This document shows, piece after piece, positions 62,317 through 64,000 of a stretch of 64,000 bases of DNA. This stretch comes from an uncultured Spirochaetota bacterium (GTDB taxonomy: Bacteria; Spirochaetota; Spirochaetia; SZUA-6; CAVTHK01). The position numbers and the translations under genes are program-made. The notes below the pieces were generated by a model, which did no database searches, was not told where the DNA came from, and was given only the letters and a program-made list of their open reading frames with translations. The stretch covers positions 762,259-826,258 of the forward strand of contig CAVTHK010000011.1 of assembly GCA_963734495.1 (NCBI GenBank), read 5' to 3'. Within the stretch, counting starts at the first letter, position 1; the number at the start of each line of letters is the position of its first letter.

Positions 62317-62802
62317 CTACGCGTCGGCGTCCAGCGAATCGAGATAGTCGGCGAAGGCGGCCAGCTCCGACTTGAGCGCTTCCCAGGTGGCGGCGAGGCC
62401 ACTCACGAGCGGCTCAAGCTGGGAGGCGTTGATATTTGCGGCGTAGATGTTGCGTACCCGATGGCGGAACCGGCGGTACTCGTCCAGTCTTTGGCGGGTC
62501 TCCCGCGAGATCACTGCGGGTCGAAGCGAGGGGATCTCCAGCTCGACCTGGCGCAGGAGTTCGGCGTGCCAGGCGTCCCCTCCCAAGGCGGCGCCGTCCA
62601 GGTCCACGGCGATCAGCTCCAGCAGCCGCTCGATGCCGTTGTAGAAGCCGTGCAGGTTCAGCGCGACGGAATTCAGGTATGCATCCTGGTCCTCCGGCCG
62701 CGTGCTCGCACGCTCCCAATGTCGCAGCGCGGCCGTCACGGCACCGTCGAGCTCGGGGACCTCGCTGCGTATCCTCTGCGCCAGGCTCTTCCGCTTGCCC
62801 AT
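62317..62802 (-). CDS. HEPN-domain toxin (HepT-like RNase)
   Basis: LHGFYNGIER, WH.ELL, RPAVIS, EYRRFRHRVRNIY. Confidence 0.85.
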   Translation of the reverse strand: MGKRKSLAQRIRSEVPELDGAVTAALRHWERASTRPEDQDAYLNSVALNLHGFYNGIERLLELIAVDLDGAALGGDAWHAELLRQVELEIPSLRPAVISRETRQRLDEYRRFRHRVRNIYAANINASQLEPLVSGLAATWEALKSELAAFADYLDSLDADA

Positions 62803-63185
62803 CACAACTCGAGTCCGTCCCGCCGGATGGCCTCGCTCAACGCGCGCGGCGCCGTGCTCAGATCCACGAGGTCGATCTCGAAGCCATCCCCGATCTCCTC
62901 CAGGCGGCAGTCCGCCCGCCAGAAGTCGCGCGCCTTCAGGCCCTCGACCGCCAGGTCCACATCCGAGCGGTCATGAAACCACGCCCGCGTCGCGAGTGAC
63001 CCGAACAGCAGCACGCGGGTCGCCCCGAAACTGGCCTTGAGAAGCTCGGCGGCCTTCCGAGCGACGCGCAGAGCGTGCTCCTGCCGCTCCTGCCGCGCCC
63101 GGCTCTCCATCTGGTCACGCCGGCGTACGCCGCGGCGGTACATCTCTTTCTCGCTTGGTGTGAGTTGGGCGGCCGTCCTTCCCAC
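62802..63185 (-). CDS. Minimal nucleotidyltransferase (MNT) antitoxin
   Basis: GGAGGAG RBS, LFGSLA...SDVDLAV (GSx10DxD), IDLV. Overlaps the HEPN start. Confidence 0.88.
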   Translation of the reverse strand: MGRTAAQLTPSEKEMYRRGVRRRDQMESRARQERQEHALRVARKAAELLKASFGATRVLLFGSLATRAWFHDRSDVDLAVEGLKARDFWRADCRLEEIGDGFEIDLVDLSTAPRALSEAIRRDGLEL

Positions 63186-63351
63186 CGGACTCCTCCGGTT
63201 CGCAGTATAGGAGGAAAGCCGGGGCCCGGCAACGGCAGCGGGTGATCGCCGGCCTGCGGCCGGTTCGCGGCGGTCTCGACGCGGCTTTCTGGGCGCTTGC
63301 CGCGACCCGATCGCCTCGGCAGCAGCCCTGTTGCGAAAAGTGGGATGTCAG

Positions 63352-64000
63352 CTATTGATAATGATTTTCATCCTGCGACAGGCGGTTGCGACGCGGCGGC
63401 AGGGATCGGAGGGTGGAGAGGGGCCGGCGGGAGGCGAGCTCCAAGAGGGCTGACAGCCAGCGACGAGGTGGGGGCGGGCCTTGGGCCGCGGCCCGCAAGA
63501 GCATCTGCCCGGCGTTGCTGGGACGGCCGGGAGTGCTGTTTCCCGCAGCGGAGGCGAGGTGACTGCCGCAGGCGCGACAGACGAAAGGATCTTCCCCGCT
63601 GTCGTCGGTGGTCTTGCGAGACAGCCGCAGGAGGTGAGGCGGGCGGCTCCAACGGGAGCGCGTGCGGGAGGAGTACAGCCCGTAGCGGCGGATGTAGTGG
63701 GTGCCTCTGGGCGGGATGTGCTGTCTGAGTTCCGCGATGAAGTCCGTGACGGCGAACAGCTTCAGGTTCTCGCCGAAGTAGGGATTGTACTTGGTATGAA
63801 ACAGCACCTTACCGCCCTGCTCCTCCAGGATGACCTTGGCCGGGGAGATAGGGGGCTGAGCCATGTACTGGGCCAGGCGCTCCATGGCGGCGGGGTCTGT
63901 AGCGCGCAGCACGATGGAGCCGTCGATGCTGAACCCGGAGTGTCTCCAGCGCAGCAGGCTCTGGGCGCGGTCGCGCATTCTCGCCGCGGGGCTGCCAGCG
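63352..64000 (-). mobile_element. IS91-family (Y2_Tnp) transposase, partial, with degenerate C-terminus
   Basis: W.HSGFSID, LAQYM..PPIS, FIAEL.QHIPP....IRRYGLYS, DP..C..CG. Continues beyond the window. Confidence 0.85.

Noticed and set aside
63357-63375. Fur box-like GATAATGATTTTCATCCTG
   Set aside because: It is better explained as the IS91-like element end, because a diverged copy sits at the same position in the second relic (56216). No iron-related gene is adjacent.

Overview
High-GC bacterial window, probably from a Spirochaetota-like organism. This is inferred from spirochaete-style lipoprotein and solute-binding-protein signal peptides such as AFAGGSKE. Many single-base frameshifts interrupt otherwise intact genes between about 3.5 and 33.5 kb (roughly 15 in 23.6-26.6 kb alone), which looks like long-read consensus error rather than gene decay. 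Left half, in order: nadB end, THUMP methyltransferase, an ndh2(DoxX)-polyprenyl synthase-apbE operon divergent from rex, nrdR-nrdD-nrdG-tag, a MutS-like ATPase, lipoproteins, an M28 peptidase flanked by 20-bp palindromic repeat arrays, a RibD/Zn-ADH/PTPS/GT4/methyltransferase plus CDP-alcohol transferase/flippase cluster, adenosine deaminase, a giant E1alpha-E1beta-lipoyl-FabH fusion, a degenerate class III cyclase, an RHH/Cys-finger regulator with znuCB, an amidohydrolase, a creatininase and ahcY. The right half is an accessory mosaic: sugar ABC and TRAP transporters, a GntR, GH2, oxidoreductases, ettA, asnA, a FecR/DUF6600-like protein, a nitronate monooxygenase-family enzyme, an MNT-HEPN toxin-antitoxin pair, and several relics (vapBC, SDR, two IS91-like transposase pieces, a lipoprotein gene broken by a 41-bp micro-inversion). 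Best novel-system candidates: the 2-oxoacid dehydrogenase-FabH fusion, the Ndh2 carrying tandem flavinylation-like motifs, the orphan pterin/glycolipid cluster and the non-Zur metal regulator. No rRNA, tRNA or CRISPR array was seen.
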